A stretch of 64,000 nt of DNA from an uncultured Methanolobus sp. (GCA_963675495.1 OY776215.1:992001-1056000), one strand, 5' to 3'. Positions 1 to 11,420 are shown, numbered from the stretch's first letter. Notes: generated by a model from the letters alone, not told the origin. A program made the numbers and translations.

Positions 1-1
1 A

Positions 2-3000
2 AACATCCTTTCAAATTCAGGTAATGTATTAAAAGTACAAATCTCAGCAGATAAACTTGATGATATAGCTGCCATAAACGGAATAAGCTGGATTGAAGAA
101 TACGTCCAGCCAAGAGCTACAAATGATATTGCCACAGGCATTATCACCGTGGATACCACGCACAATACATATGGGTTGAACGGTAGCGGACAAATTGTTG
201 CTGTGTGCGACAGCGGACTTGACACAGGTGTGGATGATAACTCGATGCATGCGGACATTCGGGGAAGAATACTTAGCATCACTGATCTCTCAAATGACGG
301 AAGTTCTGCAGACCAAATGGGTCATGGAACCCATGTAGCAGGTTCAATACTTGGAAACGGATCACTTTCAGGAGGACAGTACAGTGGAATGGCGCCTGAG
401 GCTAAACTGGTATTCCAAGCAGTGGGCAATGATAGTGATTATTTCTATCTGCCAGGTGATCTTAGTGAAGTATTCCAACCAGCATACAACCTTGGAGCAA
501 GAATACACACCAATAGCTGGGGAGTAACCTCATCTGGAGAATATACAATTCAATCACACCAGGTAGACCAATTCATGTGGGAACATCCTGATATGCTAAT
601 CCTTTTCGCAACAGGCAACGCAGGTGAAGATTCTGATTCAAACGGAGTTATCGATAATGATTCAATTGGGTCACCAGGAACTGCAAAGAACTGCCTTACT
701 GTTGGTGCATCAGAAAATGAAAGAGGAGATCGTTTTGGTGTAACACCTTATTTAAATTGGGGGAGCGGGTCATGGCTTGAATTTTATCCGGCAAATCCTA
801 TCAAAGATGATTACATGTCCAGCAATAGCAAAGGTCTGGCTGCATTCAGTAGCCATGGACCGACGGATGACGGCAGGATCAAGCCAGATATAGTTGCACC
901 GGGAACATATATTGCTTCCACAAGATCAAGTCTGGCAAGCACATCAGGGTGGGGAATCATTGATGAAAACTACCTATATATGGGTGGCACAAGCATGTCT
1001 GCACCTATTGTTGCAGGATCTGCTGCTATTCTCAGGGAGTACTATACTCAAGTTGAAAACCTTAGCAGCCCCAGCGCTGCATTGATAAAGGCAACATTGA
1101 TCAATGGAGCATATAACATGACTCCGGGGCAATACGGGACTGGAGATTATCAGGAGATATCAGGCAGACCTGACTATGCGCAGGGATGGGGACGTGTTGA
1201 TATTGAGAATTCGATCTATCCACAATATCCAAAAACAATCAAATACTTTGATAATCCAAGTCCTTTGAGCTTCAATGAATCATGGAATGTGAGCTATAAT
1301 GTCCTCTGCACATCTGAAGCGCTCAGAGTTACGCTCGTCTGGACAGATTATCCCGGAGATGCTGCTGTAGTCCCACAGCTTGTGAACAACCTTGATCTGG
1401 TAGTTGTTGGCCCTGATGACACATATTATGGGAATGGGGCTCCGGACACAGTGAACAATGTAGAAGATGTTGAATTACCGGAACCGGTTGTCGGCACATA
1501 TACCATCATGATAAATGGTACAAACGTCCCACAAGGGCCACAGAATTTCTCACTCGTGGTTTCATATGGTTATGATGGTACCGATATGTATCCCGAACAT
1601 GACTCATGCACAACTAACAGCACAACTGCTGTTTATATGAACCTTACACATGCCGACGGAATTGATTCCGGTACCATAAATATGACAATCGACGGTTCAA
1701 ATGTGATACACTCTCTTGATAGCATCACTGGTGGATACAAAGTAGAGAATCTGCCGGCACAGCCATACTCAGAAGGTTATCACAACGTATCTGTCAGTGC
1801 ATTGACAAATCTAAGTGAAGAAATAAGTTATGGATGGAGATTTTACGTCAGTGTTGAAGATAATATAATAAATATACAGGGACTTGCAGAAAATTCCGTA
1901 ATACATGAAGATGAATTTGATATAAATGTAACTAGCAACAAATTATGTGACTTCTGGTACAATGTTAATAATGGAACTAATTCCACAAATGAAACCGGAT
2001 TCTCATTCAATACCACCCTGAACCTAAATGAAGGCACTCATAATCTAACGGTCTTTGCTGAAGATATCGCAGGATACACAAATTCGACTACTGTGAATTT
2101 TACTGTGTTCACAAGCCAGCCAGTAATAGATACACCTGTGTCTGGAACAATATACTACTTCCCGAATAACAGTTTTGCAATGAACGGAACTGGCGGCATA
2201 GCAACAAACGTTTCAGTCTACGTGAACGAAGCAATGACAAACTGGTCATATCCGGTTTCAAACGAACTGTTCAACCTAAGCAACATTCCTCTTTCTAACG
2301 GAACAAACACCATCAATATCACTTCTATCTACAACAATTCAGTGAACGACTATTTCAGTTCTAATAGCACCATATGCCTAAGCCTTGGGGAGACATTCAA
2401 CACAGAAGGTAATGATGAAGTTACACTTGCAGTTCCCGGTATGGAAAGCAATGTAAATCATCCGGCACTTAGCTTCAATGTTACCGGCACATCTGCCAAT
2501 CCGGGAAATGTGTCTGCTGCAGTCACAAAGGGCGAAGAACCTGGAAATGGATCAATTCTTACAGGCCCGGCAATTGACATCAGGGTGCTGAATGAATCAA
2601 ATGTGAACTATTCACATCAGTTCGGAAGAAACGTTTCCCTTACACTTGGATATGATCAAAGTCTTGTAAATGATACCGATAAACTTGTTGTCGCATGGTA
2701 TGACAATGAGGAGGAGATCTGGACCCCATTCAGAAGTACGGTGAACACCTCTGCACACACAGTTACCGCAAATATTACTCACCTGAGTATTTATGCTCCA
2801 CTTGAGGATAGTACCGCACCTATCATCAGTAATCTTGCTAGTTACGGTAGCACTACATCCATAACTCTCACATGGGAAGCATCAAATGACACGGACTACG
2901 TGGAACTATGGAAAGATGAGGCTTTCCTTGCAAACTATTCAACTTCACCGATTAAGGACACAGGTCTGTCTTCCGGTACAAGCTATAATTATAGTCTTAA

Positions 3001-3784
3001 ACCATTCGACTTTGTAGGTAACTCTGGAAACTGGTCCAATACTACCGTAACAACATCCACACCGGTTACTGCCACATCAGCTTCCTCCAGCGGAGGTGGA
3101 GGAGGAGGAGGCGGTGGGGGCTCCACAGGCGAAGATGTTGAGAACATCGTATTCAAAGATGTGCTTTCAGTGTATGCCGGAATGGATGACATCGTAGACT
3201 TTGATTTTGATGATGATAAGAACGATATTGACTATATACGCTATGACTCACTGAAAAATGCTGGAAAAATAAGTACTACCATTGAAATATTGAAGAGCAA
3301 ATCCACATTTGCAGATAAACCTGTATCAGGATTAGTATACAAAAATATGAATATCTGGGTGGGTAAGACAGGTTATGCCACAGAGAGTAACATCAAAAAC
3401 CCGGTTATTGGGTTCAGGGTCAGTAAAGAATGGATAGATAACAATGACATTGATCCAGCCACCATAGCACTGAACAGGTACAATGGAGATGTCTGGGAAA
3501 TACTTAGTACAAAACAAAATGACCCTGAAGATGACTATCTTTACTTTGAAGCAAACACTCCGGGATTCTCACCTTTTGCAATTACTGCAGAAGAAACACT
3601 GGAAAACAATATCGAAGAAGTTGTAATGACTGACATGGAAAAAGAAGATATTACAGATACAACTACATCCCCAACAGAAGAAAATGAAAATGATAGTACT
3701 AGAGATATTCCTGCTATGTCAGGTCTTGTAACAGTATTGATACTATCAATTGTCTGTGTACTTGTCAGTAAACAGCAAAATTAA
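2..3784 (+). CDS. S8 (subtilisin/KP-43-like) serine peptidase, cell-surface, with PGF-pre-PGF-like domain and C-terminal TM anchor; 5'-truncated by window
   Basis: Catalytic motifs CDSG, HGTHVAG, GTSMSAP; frame is open from base 2; Ser/Gly linker, PGF-pre-PGF-like domain (TPGFSPFAI) and a hydrophobic tail. Confidence 0.9.
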   Translation, partial: NILSNSGNVLKVQISADKLDDIAAINGISWIEEYVQPRATNDIATGIITVDTTHNTYGLNGSGQIVAVCDSGLDTGVDDNSMHADIRGRILSITDLSNDGSSADQMGHGTHVAGSILGNGSLSGGQYSGMAPEAKLVFQAVGNDSDYFYLPGDLSEVFQPAYNLGARIHTNSWGVTSSGEYTIQSHQVDQFMWEHPDMLILFATGNAGEDSDSNGVIDNDSIGSPGTAKNCLTVGASENERGDRFGVTPYLNWGSGSWLEFYPANPIKDDYMSSNSKGLAAFSSHGPTDDGRIKPDIVAPGTYIASTRSSLASTSGWGIIDENYLYMGGTSMSAPIVAGSAAILREYYTQVENLSSPSAALIKATLINGAYNMTPGQYGTGDYQEISGRPDYAQGWGRVDIENSIYPQYPKTIKYFDNPSPLSFNESWNVSYNVLCTSEALRVTLVWTDYPGDAAVVPQLVNNLDLVVVGPDDTYYGNGAPDTVNNVEDVELPEPVVGTYTIMINGTNVPQGPQNFSLVVSYGYDGTDMYPEHDSCTTNSTTAVYMNLTHADGIDSGTINMTIDGSNVIHSLDSITGGYKVENLPAQPYSEGYHNVSVSALTNLSEEISYGWRFYVSVEDNIINIQGLAENSVIHEDEFDINVTSNKLCDFWYNVNNGTNSTNETGFSFNTTLNLNEGTHNLTVFAEDIAGYTNSTTVNFTVFTSQPVIDTPVSGTIYYFPNNSFAMNGTGGIATNVSVYVNEAMTNWSYPVSNELFNLSNIPLSNGTNTINITSIYNNSVNDYFSSNSTICLSLGETFNTEGNDEVTLAVPGMESNVNHPALSFNVTGTSANPGNVSAAVTKGEEPGNGSILTGPAIDIRVLNESNVNYSHQFGRNVSLTLGYDQSLVNDTDKLVVAWYDNEEEIWTPFRSTVNTSAHTVTANITHLSIYAPLEDSTAPIISNLASYGSTTSITLTWEASNDTDYVELWKDEAFLANYSTSPIKDTGLSSGTSYNYSLKPFDFVGNSGNWSNTTVTTSTPVTATSASSSGGGGGGGGGGSTGEDVENIVFKDVLSVYAGMDDIVDFDFDDDKNDIDYIRYDSLKNAGKISTTIEILKSKSTFADKPVSGLVYKNMNIWVGKTGYATESNIKNPVIGFRVSKEWIDNNDIDPATIALNRYNGDVWEILSTKQNDPEDDYLYFEANTPGFSPFAITAEETLENNIEEVVMTDMEKEDITDTTTSPTEENENDSTRDIPAMSGLVTVLILSIVCVLVSKQQN

Positions 3785-3822
3785 TATTCAACTGCATACC
3801 ATTTAGCGCTGGAGAAATCAAG

Positions 3823-4836
3823 TTGAAAGGAACAGTGCTTGGTATCGAGGGTACCGCATGGAATCTCAGTGCTGCAATCGTTAATGAAAAAGATGTTATT
3901 GCAGAAGTATCTGATATGTATCGGCCCCCCAGTGGAGGAATTCATCCCAGGGAAGCTGCCCAGCATCATGCAAAGTATGCTTCTTATGTAGTAAAGGGAG
4001 TGCTGGAAGAAGCAAAGAAAAATGGAGTGGATGCTTCACAGATAGATGCTATATCTTTTTCCCAGGGACCTGGACTTGGCGCATGCCTGCGCACCGTGGC
4101 AACTGCCGCCAGGATGCTTTCAATAAGTCTGGATATACCCCTTGTTGGTGTAAATCACTGTCTTGCCCATGTAGAAGTAGGCCGCTGGAAAACTCCTGCA
4201 ACTGATCCTGTAACCCTCTATGTCAGTGGTGCCAACTCGCAGGTACTGGCTTACAGGATGGGAAAATACAGGGTATTCGGAGAAACACTGGATATTGGTC
4301 TTGGAAATGCCTTTGATAAGTTTGCAAGAAGTGCCGGACTTGGACACCCTGGCGGGCCACAGATAGAGCAGTTTGCAAAGAAAGCATCAAAATATATCTC
4401 TCTTCCTTATGTAGTGAAGGGAATGGACCTCTCTTTTTCAGGATTATCCACGGCTGCAACAGATGCCCTTAAAGTTAATTCCATGGAAGATGTGTGTTAT
4501 TCATTCCAGGAAACTGCCTTTGCAATGGTTGTGGAGGTTACAGAACGTGCCCTTGCACACACTGGAAAGAACGAAGTCCTTCTGGCAGGTGGAGTGGGAG
4601 CTAATATGAGACTGCGGGAAATGCTGGATATAATGTGCACAGAAAGAGGAGCTTCTTTCTATGTACCGGAAAAAAGGTTCATGGGAGATAATGGTGCTAT
4701 GATAGCATATCTTGGACTTTTGATGTATGATTCAGGAAATGTAATTGATATCGAGAATTCACATGTGAATCCTAATTTCCGGCCCGATAGTGTGGATGTT
4801 ACATGGCTCCCGAAAGACTTTGCAGGCGGGATTTGA
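3823..4836 (+). CDS. kae1: tRNA N6-threonylcarbamoyltransferase Kae1 (KEOPS)
   Basis: GIEGTA, GGIHPREAA, NHCLAH, GNAFDKFAR, DNGAMIA motifs. Confidence 0.95.
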   Translation: MKGTVLGIEGTAWNLSAAIVNEKDVIAEVSDMYRPPSGGIHPREAAQHHAKYASYVVKGVLEEAKKNGVDASQIDAISFSQGPGLGACLRTVATAARMLSISLDIPLVGVNHCLAHVEVGRWKTPATDPVTLYVSGANSQVLAYRMGKYRVFGETLDIGLGNAFDKFARSAGLGHPGGPQIEQFAKKASKYISLPYVVKGMDLSFSGLSTAATDALKVNSMEDVCYSFQETAFAMVVEVTERALAHTGKNEVLLAGGVGANMRLREMLDIMCTERGASFYVPEKRFMGDNGAMIAYLGLLMYDSGNVIDIENSHVNPNFRPDSVDVTWLPKDFAGGI

Positions 4837-4838
4837 AC

Positions 4839-5411
4839 ATGTATTTGACAAGTGGTGCTGAAGCAACCGTAAAACTGGAAGATGGAGTGCTCATCAAGGA
4901 GAGAGTGCCAAAAAACTATCGTCTGAAAGAGCTTGATGAAAGGATAAGAAAGGAAAGAACAAAAGCCGAGGCAAGACTGCTATCCGAAGCCAGGAGAGCT
5001 GGCGTGCCCACACCCATCATCTATGACATCGAAAATTCCACCATCAAAATGCAGTATCTCGATGGAACTGCGATAAAACATGTGATCGATGAGAATATAA
5101 GTGAACAAATTGGACATCTTGTTTCTGAATTACATATGGCAGGCATTATTCACGGAGACCTAACAACATCCAACCTGATAGTTTTCAACGACCGGATATA
5201 TATGATAGATTTTGGACTCTCATTTAATGACAGTAGCATCGAGGCACGTGGTGTGGATGTACATGTTCTGTTCCAGACATTTGAGAGCACACACCGTGAC
5301 CATGAGAAACTAATCGAGTCATTCTGCAGGGGCTACAGAAAAGAATTCAGGCAGGCAGATGAAGTGCTTGATAGAGTAAAAGAGATTGAAAAGCGAGGAA
5401 GATATGCGTAA
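4839..5411 (+). CDS. bud32: Kae1-associated kinase Bud32
   Basis: GAEA, HGDLTTSN, IDFGL motifs; ATG 4839 just after the kae1 stop. Confidence 0.93.
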   Translation: MYLTSGAEATVKLEDGVLIKERVPKNYRLKELDERIRKERTKAEARLLSEARRAGVPTPIIYDIENSTIKMQYLDGTAIKHVIDENISEQIGHLVSELHMAGIIHGDLTTSNLIVFNDRIYMIDFGLSFNDSSIEARGVDVHVLFQTFESTHRDHEKLIESFCRGYRKEFRQADEVLDRVKEIEKRGRYA

Positions 5412-5949
5412 AATAGTATTTGTTACAGGTAATAAGGGTAAGTTCAGAGAAGTAAAGGACATACTTGCGGCAAGGGGATTTGAAGTCATACAGAACACGG
5501 ATGGCTATCCTGAACTCCAGGAAGATGATCTGGAGCCTATTGCTGCATACGGTGCAAAATGGGCATCGGGTAAATTAAGACTACCTGTGATGGTGGATGA
5601 TTCAGGATTATTCATAAAAGTGCTCAATGGCTTTCCCGGACCGTACTCAGCATTTGTCGAAAAGAACCTTGGAAACCAAAAAGTCCTTAAAATAATGGAG
5701 GATGAAACTGAAAGAGCAGCAATGTTCAAATCGGTTATCGGATACTGTGAACCCGATGGTGAACCACTCACGTTTACAGGAATAGTTGAAGGAAACATCG
5801 CTTTTGAAGAACTGGGAACCGGGGGGTTCGGATATGACCCTATATTCGATTACAATGGAAAGACCTTCGGAGAACTTGGAGACGAGTTCAAGAATACTGT
5901 TTCACATCGCAGAAGAGCACTTGATAAGTTCTTAGAATGGCTGAAATGA
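5404..5949 (+). CDS. Non-canonical purine NTP pyrophosphatase (RdgB/HAM1)
   Basis: TGNKGK, DDSGL, GFPGPYS, GFGYDPIF, SHRRRAL motifs. Confidence 0.95.
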   Translation: MRKIVFVTGNKGKFREVKDILAARGFEVIQNTDGYPELQEDDLEPIAAYGAKWASGKLRLPVMVDDSGLFIKVLNGFPGPYSAFVEKNLGNQKVLKIMEDETERAAMFKSVIGYCEPDGEPLTFTGIVEGNIAFEELGTGGFGYDPIFDYNGKTFGELGDEFKNTVSHRRRALDKFLEWLK

Positions 5950-5970
5950 TATAGAAGGAGAAAATAAAAA

Positions 5971-6561
5971 GTGTTGGGGGTTAAAGGAACTACATTTTTC
6001 AGGGATACACGTGGTGCGGACACCATCCCTCTTAAAATGGTGTTTTATCTTGCAGTTACAGCCATTGTAATATTCCTTGTAGCTTTTTCATGGAATAATC
6101 TGTCTCCAATCTATTCAGGGGCAAAGGACAGCAAGCAGATCAATGACGCTGCACTTGAGCTCTTGTCTATACAAAACGGATATTCAAGGACCCTTCAGGA
6201 ACATAATAGCCCACAGGGATCCACGTGCACTATCAAATTGTCAATGCCTGATGTAGATTATCTGGCATTTGGAGTTGACCCGGACCCGGATATGAATAAC
6301 AACCTTACTGATACTCACTGGATCCAGGAAAACAATACAATTATCTGCCAGTACAAAAACGGCGTCAAGAACAGATATGATATTGAGGCTAATGTGGTCG
6401 ATTTCAGAAAAGGAAAGCTGGATAATAAAGGAAAGTGGGCTCTTGATGATAACCAGAATAAAAGTGAAAATATGGGAGTTGTAATTGAAGGACCCATATC
6501 AGGAAAATTCGATTTTGAACTTGTACTGGCAGATAAGAAATATACACTTTCACATTTTTGA
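5971..6561 (+). CDS. Type IV pilin-like / class III signal peptide protein
   Basis: Basic leader RDTRG followed by a hydrophobic helix; hydrophilic remainder. Confidence 0.55.
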   Translation: MLGVKGTTFFRDTRGADTIPLKMVFYLAVTAIVIFLVAFSWNNLSPIYSGAKDSKQINDAALELLSIQNGYSRTLQEHNSPQGSTCTIKLSMPDVDYLAFGVDPDPDMNNNLTDTHWIQENNTIICQYKNGVKNRYDIEANVVDFRKGKLDNKGKWALDDNQNKSENMGVVIEGPISGKFDFELVLADKKYTLSHF

Positions 6562-6569
6562 GTTGAACT

Positions 6570-7496
6570 TCAATATCCCAGCAATATATATTTATTATCA
6601 AAGTAAGCACCTGGTGTTGTAAAGTCGAATACTACAAGAGCTCCAGCTTCTGGTCTCACCTGGAAAGCGACTTCTGTTCTTGGGGGAAGACCATTGTACC
6701 CTTCATCTTCTGCCTGGAAAACCTTGCGTATATCGACTACTATTTCCATGATATCCCCGGTCCTCAACACCGGTTGTGTAGCTTTGAACACTGTTTGATC
6801 ACGGGAGCGTATAGGAATTACTGAAAAATACTCAGACGTAGCTTTATGTACTTCATAGCTGGAATCAGCAGAATCATACCTTACATTGGCAACATGTGTT
6901 CCATCTGAGAGATAGATTATTAATTGTGACAGATCAACATCTTCACTACCCGGTCCAAGAGATACAGAAATATGTAACTTTACAATCTCACCATACTCGA
7001 ATGTATCATTTGCAACTATTATACCAGTGGTGGTGGTGATACCATCATCTATAGTAAAATTGTAAGTCGTGTCCTTTAAAAAACGATATTCGAAGTGCGA
7101 GCCATCGGCAACAGAATCATTTTCTCCATCCACCGATATATCAAAAGCTCCTGAAGAAGACAACCATTCAACCATTTGGCCTTTATAAACCGTTAAATTA
7201 GTATCAGAAACCACACCATCTGTGACCGTTACCGTAGTATATGTTGCACGCTCACCTTCCACACGGTCAATTCTCATGTTAGAAGCAACCTCACGTGTTA
7301 TTTCCTGACCGGTCTGTGATGCTTTCTGCTGCAATACACCAGAAGTCTTTATTAAAAGAGCTGATGCTACTGCAGCCACAAGTACCATTGATATGAAGAT
7401 GATAAGAGTACCTATACCTACTTGTGCACGGTCATCCCTGTGCATCAAATGCTTCTGATTTGCTTTCGTGCAATCCCTCATGAAACGTTTTAGCAA
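6570..7496 (-). CDS. Archaellin (FlaB/ArlB family) with internal insertion; start uncertain
   Basis: [26 protein letters not shown]-terminus; conserved VDLS and PEAGA C-terminal elements. Confidence 0.88.
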   Translation of the reverse strand: MLKRFMRDCTKANQKHLMHRDDRAQVGIGTLIIFISMVLVAAVASALLIKTSGVLQQKASQTGQEITREVASNMRIDRVEGERATYTTVTVTDGVVSDTNLTVYKGQMVEWLSSSGAFDISVDGENDSVADGSHFEYRFLKDTTYNFTIDDGITTTTGIIVANDTFEYGEIVKLHISVSLGPGSEDVDLSQLIIYLSDGTHVANVRYDSADSSYEVHKATSEYFSVIPIRSRDQTVFKATQPVLRTGDIMEIVVDIRKVFQAEDEGYNGLPPRTEVAFQVRPEAGALVVFDFTTPGAYFDNKYILLGY

Positions 7497-7666
7497 TCGT
7501 GTAACGGAATTATATTATTAGACCTACTATATTAATACTGTTATTTAATCTTATTGTGCCGTTAATATAAATATGTGGATATTTATATTCAAATAAGTTG
7601 CTATATATCGGATTATAAAATATATCGTATTTAAAGTAACCTATGAACATTTTACTAGACAAATAA

Positions 7667-8341
7667 TTATAAAAAACAAGTCTTATCCATTAGAATTGCA
7701 CGTGCTGGCGCACCATCACACCCAATTAGTTTCAAAGGGAGACAGATGAAAAAATAAAGGCCAGCTCTTACTTTAGATAAGTGCAAATACTCAACAATAC
7801 TCAATCCATTGCGCAAAAAAAGATTATGGTTTGGCAAGGAAGGATCTGAATCAACAGAAAGAGTATCCACACCAACTACAGTAAATCCATGCTCCATTAT
7901 CCATTCACCGGCAGTTGCCGCAAGCATACGTCCTGAACAAGGAGATTTGCAAGAAGCAGAATGATTTTCTGTTTTTATCAGAAGAACAGACACATCCTCT
8001 TCGTTTGCATATTGTACAAAAAGCTTTTCCAGTTCATCCTCTTTAATGCAGCCATCACCAGAAGATAAGTCAAGCAGAACAGCTTTCCCCATAAAAGATT
8101 CAGGTGTAAGTTCATCAACGCTCTTCCCATCAACGAATATATGAGAGGGTGCATCCACATGAGTGCCGGTATGTGTCCCAATACTCATTCTGGATACCAC
8201 AAAACCATCATTTTTTATTGATGAGACTCTTTCAATAAGTGGTTTTGGATCTCCCTCGTATACTGGAGTATCTGGAGAGATACCAGTAGTTATGTCTATT
8301 GCCTTGAAAGACATTTTAAAAAATGCGGGAGGACATTTCAC
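7667..8341 (-). CDS. Cyclase family metal-dependent hydrolase (kynurenine formamidase-like)
   Basis: HTGTHVDAP, GVDTLSVD, DGAPARA motifs. Confidence 0.9.
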   Translation of the reverse strand: MKCPPAFFKMSFKAIDITTGISPDTPVYEGDPKPLIERVSSIKNDGFVVSRMSIGTHTGTHVDAPSHIFVDGKSVDELTPESFMGKAVLLDLSSGDGCIKEDELEKLFVQYANEEDVSVLLIKTENHSASCKSPCSGRMLAATAGEWIMEHGFTVVGVDTLSVDSDPSLPNHNLFLRNGLSIVEYLHLSKVRAGLYFFICLPLKLIGCDGAPARAILMDKTCFL

Positions 8342-8976
8342 TCCAGAAAACGAAGAGAGTTCTCAAGTACAGCCTGTGCCTGCTTTTCATTCAAACCTGC
8401 GCCCATGGCAACTTTTAAAGCAAATTCTTTTGTAATGAGATTATCGGGACTGTGAGCATCCGTATCAACTACAAGAGTGGCACCGGCTTCCATACCAATC
8501 CTTGCAACATGACCATTCGTCCTGTTGTGCCCGTTACGGGCAGTTATCTCAAGGCACACATCATTATCAAGAGCAGTTTCAGCTTCTTCAATAGTAATAA
8601 AACCAGGATGTGCAAGTATATCGACATCTGCAAGTTCAACTGAAGCAGCATTAGTACCTGGCATAACAGGTTCATTTATAGTTTCACCATGAACCACAAC
8701 GATATCAGCGCCCAGTTCTTTTGCCATCCTTGCAAGAGGAGCTATCTTCCGTGGTGGAACATGAGTAATTTCCACACCTACTTTAACCTGAATATCAAGC
8801 TCATCTTCAAGGTACTTGGCCTTACTTACATTTTTCAGAACATGTTCAACATTGGTGAAATCTGCGTGGTCAGTGATACCAATAGCCCTGTATCCATGAA
8901 CTACAGCCCGTCGTACAAGTTCACTAGGGATTAGCTCACCATCACTGAAAATAGTATGAGTGTGCATATCTATCAT
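8338..8976 (-). CDS. PHP-domain protein (histidinol phosphate phosphatase-like)
   Basis: DMHTHT, ITDHAD, ILAHPG, DTDAH motifs. Confidence 0.88.
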   Translation of the reverse strand: MIDMHTHTIFSDGELIPSELVRRAVVHGYRAIGITDHADFTNVEHVLKNVSKAKYLEDELDIQVKVGVEITHVPPRKIAPLARMAKELGADIVVVHGETINEPVMPGTNAASVELADVDILAHPGFITIEEAETALDNDVCLEITARNGHNRTNGHVARIGMEAGATLVVDTDAHSPDNLITKEFALKVAMGAGLNEKQAQAVLENSLRFLE

Positions 8977-9134
8977 AAAAATACCTCATTAATTATGAGA
9001 ATGGATTCTTCTATGTTCTGAAATTACATAAAGTCATTCATAGGAAAGCAAAAATAGTATAATGTTTTACATGCAATGCTTAAAAGTATAAATATTCATA
9101 TAACTATGACTTTCTGATAAGGAAGGATGAAAAA

Positions 9135-9425
9135 TTGACAGGAATTAGAAGATTGGTTCTGGATGTGCTTAAACCCCATCATCCATCAATTGTTGAATTG
9201 TCTACGACACTAAGTATACTTCCAGGAGTACATGGCGTGAACCTCAGTCTTTATGAAGTAGACCAACAAACAGAAACGGTCAAGATCACCGTTGAGGGGG
9301 AAAACCTGGATTATGAAGAAATAAAACAGTCCATAGAGAATCTCGGCGCGGTTATCCACAGCATAGATGAGATAGCTGCCGGAAAGAGGCTTGTGGAAGA
9401 AGTTGAGACACTACAGGAGAGATAA
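9135..9425 (+). CDS. DUF211 family protein
   Basis: [12 protein letters not shown] and VIHSIDE signature. Confidence 0.85.
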   Translation: MTGIRRLVLDVLKPHHPSIVELSTTLSILPGVHGVNLSLYEVDQQTETVKITVEGENLDYEEIKQSIENLGAVIHSIDEIAAGKRLVEEVETLQER

Positions 9426-9483
9426 AGGCACAATGTCACTGTCCTCTTTATGACAGGACATCTTTTTTTTGTTTTCATTTTTC

Positions 9484-10530
9484 TCAAAGGCTGTTATTGG
9501 CCTTTGCAATATTACGAAAGACACCCTCATGCTCTATGGGAAAAAGGCCAACGTTGAACACATTCAGTGCCTTGTAATAAGCATTTATAGCCATTTCAAC
9601 ATTGCTTTCTTTATCACCTATTTCAGACATTGAAAAATATGCATTTCCAAGGTTGTTCTGAACAGTAGCATACTCTAAAGGACGATTTTCCATTGTATAT
9701 ATTTCAAGGGCATTATTAAAAGCAATTATAGCACTGTCCAGGTTCTTTTTTTTATCGCTGGATTCTGACATTTCAACATAGAGATTACCAAGATTATTCT
9801 GAATTCCTGCATACTCCAAAGGATATGTATCTATCCTGAAAACCCTCAGTGATTCGTCATATGCAGCGAGGGCATTTTGGTGGTAGAGAGTATTACCCGT
9901 TGCTGTGCCAGCTTTACGCCAGGCATTTCCAAGATCGTTATGTATGGAAGCAAAATAAATTGGGTCCACAGCTATAGAATAATAATCAAGTGCTTCGTTG
10001 TAATGAATGACAGAATTGTTTACATTACTTTCAACATCCTGAAAATCAGACAATTTCAAATATGCTTCACCCATGCCATACTGCACCTTGGCACGCTGAG
10101 CAGGATATTTATCATTTACAACAAATTTCAAAGAAGAATTATATGAGGAGATACTATTCTGCAAATGATATGAAGCATTTGTATTGTCTACTAAAGCCAT
10201 TTCTTGATATGTAATCCCAAGATAATAGAAAGTCATTCCGTATTCAAGAGGAAACTCACGAGATTCAATTGTTTCAAATACTGATCTGTAAAGGTCCAAT
10301 GCCCGATCATAGTTACCCTCTTCCCGCATTGTTGATGCTTTTTCCCAGGAGGAATCTATCCTATATGCTGCCGTTTGTTTTTGTACATAGTCACCAAAGA
10401 GACCATGGCTTAGTACAAGACCCACAATAATGGCAAGAAATACAAACAAATATTTTGAATGACTTTTGGGGGTGGGGATTTTAGTATTCATATGATCATA
10501 ATCGGCATATTTTGCAACATATTTTAACAA
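9484..10530 (-). CDS. Membrane-anchored tetratricopeptide repeat protein
   Basis: N-terminal TM; repeated P.EYA..QNNLGN.Y units. Confidence 0.85.
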   Translation of the reverse strand: MLKYVAKYADYDHMNTKIPTPKSHSKYLFVFLAIIVGLVLSHGLFGDYVQKQTAAYRIDSSWEKASTMREEGNYDRALDLYRSVFETIESREFPLEYGMTFYYLGITYQEMALVDNTNASYHLQNSISSYNSSLKFVVNDKYPAQRAKVQYGMGEAYLKLSDFQDVESNVNNSVIHYNEALDYYSIAVDPIYFASIHNDLGNAWRKAGTATGNTLYHQNALAAYDESLRVFRIDTYPLEYAGIQNNLGNLYVEMSESSDKKKNLDSAIIAFNNALEIYTMENRPLEYATVQNNLGNAYFSMSEIGDKESNVEMAINAYYKALNVFNVGLFPIEHEGVFRNIAKANNSL

Positions 10531-10646
10531 AAAGAAGAAGGTGCTTTTTAATAAAGCAACACATGTACAATTGGAAAACCAGTATAAAAAGCAGACGCAT
10601 TTTCAAATGAATATGCAATTCTGATCTAACTGGTTTAATATGACTA

Positions 10647-11420
10647 TTAGTCCAAATTCCCAATTACTTCTGCAAAGGCAAAGTTCGGCTTTACATCCTG
10701 GATCTTTATCCTTACACGGTCCCCAAGCTCAACACCTTTGACAAAAACTACAAAATTGTCTATTAGAACCGCACCATCACCACTTGAGCCAAGTTCTTTG
10801 ATCTCAACTTCAAACTCATTACCACGCCTGACAGGTGAAGTGAGGAACTTTTTCCCAATTACGTAGATCTCAGCACTCTGAGATCGTGAAGCTTTGGGAG
10901 AATAAGAGCGTGTATAAGTGAAATTGTCCTTTACCTCTTCAAGAAACTCATTGAACATATCCCCCTGGAAGACCTTTACAACAAAATGCCCCCCTGGCTT
11001 GAGTATCTTCTTTGCGCATCCAAGAGCAGACCGGGTGAGATCAATGGACCTTGCATGATCATAACTCCAGTTACCACTAAGATTTGGCGCAGCATCGCAT
11101 ATCACAACATCTGCTCCTGCCTGTCCGACAAGTCCCAGGATCTTTTCAATTGTTCGGTCGGCAGTGATGTCACCAACGATAGTCTCAACATCTTCAATTG
11201 GGGAAATCTTCCTGAGATCAACACCAACTACCCGTCCACCTGATAGTTCCTTTGCGACTTCAAGCCAGCCTCCGGGTGCTGCACCCAGATCCACAATCGT
11301 ATCATCTTCTTTTATGATCTTGTGTTTTCCGTTAATCTGAAAAAGCTTGTAAGATGCCCTTGAACGATAACCTTCGTCCTTAGCTTTCCAGTAATACTTG
11401 TCGCGTCTGTCTCTTGCCAT
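10647..11420 (-). CDS. rlmE: 23S rRNA Um2552 methyltransferase RlmE/FtsJ with C-terminal TRAM domain
   Basis: YRSRASYKL, DLGAAPGGW, KVFQG, PKASR..SAE motifs; TRAM tail. Confidence 0.95.
   Translation of the reverse strand: MARDRRDKYYWKAKDEGYRSRASYKLFQINGKHKIIKEDDTIVDLGAAPGGWLEVAKELSGGRVVGVDLRKISPIEDVETIVGDITADRTIEKILGLVGQAGADVVICDAAPNLSGNWSYDHARSIDLTRSALGCAKKILKPGGHFVVKVFQGDMFNEFLEEVKDNFTYTRSYSPKASRSQSAEIYVIGKKFLTSPVRRGNEFEVEIKELGSSGDGAVLIDNFVVFVKGVELGDRVRIKIQDVKPNFAFAEVIGNLD

Noticed and set aside
3092-3121. G-rich tract as a G-quadruplex or mobile repeat
   Set aside because: Explained by a poly-Gly linker typical of these surface proteins
4803-4841. Kae1-Bud32 fusion broken by a frameshift
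   Set aside because: Both halves are complete, with a clean TGA and a separate ATG 2 nt later; split forms are common in archaea
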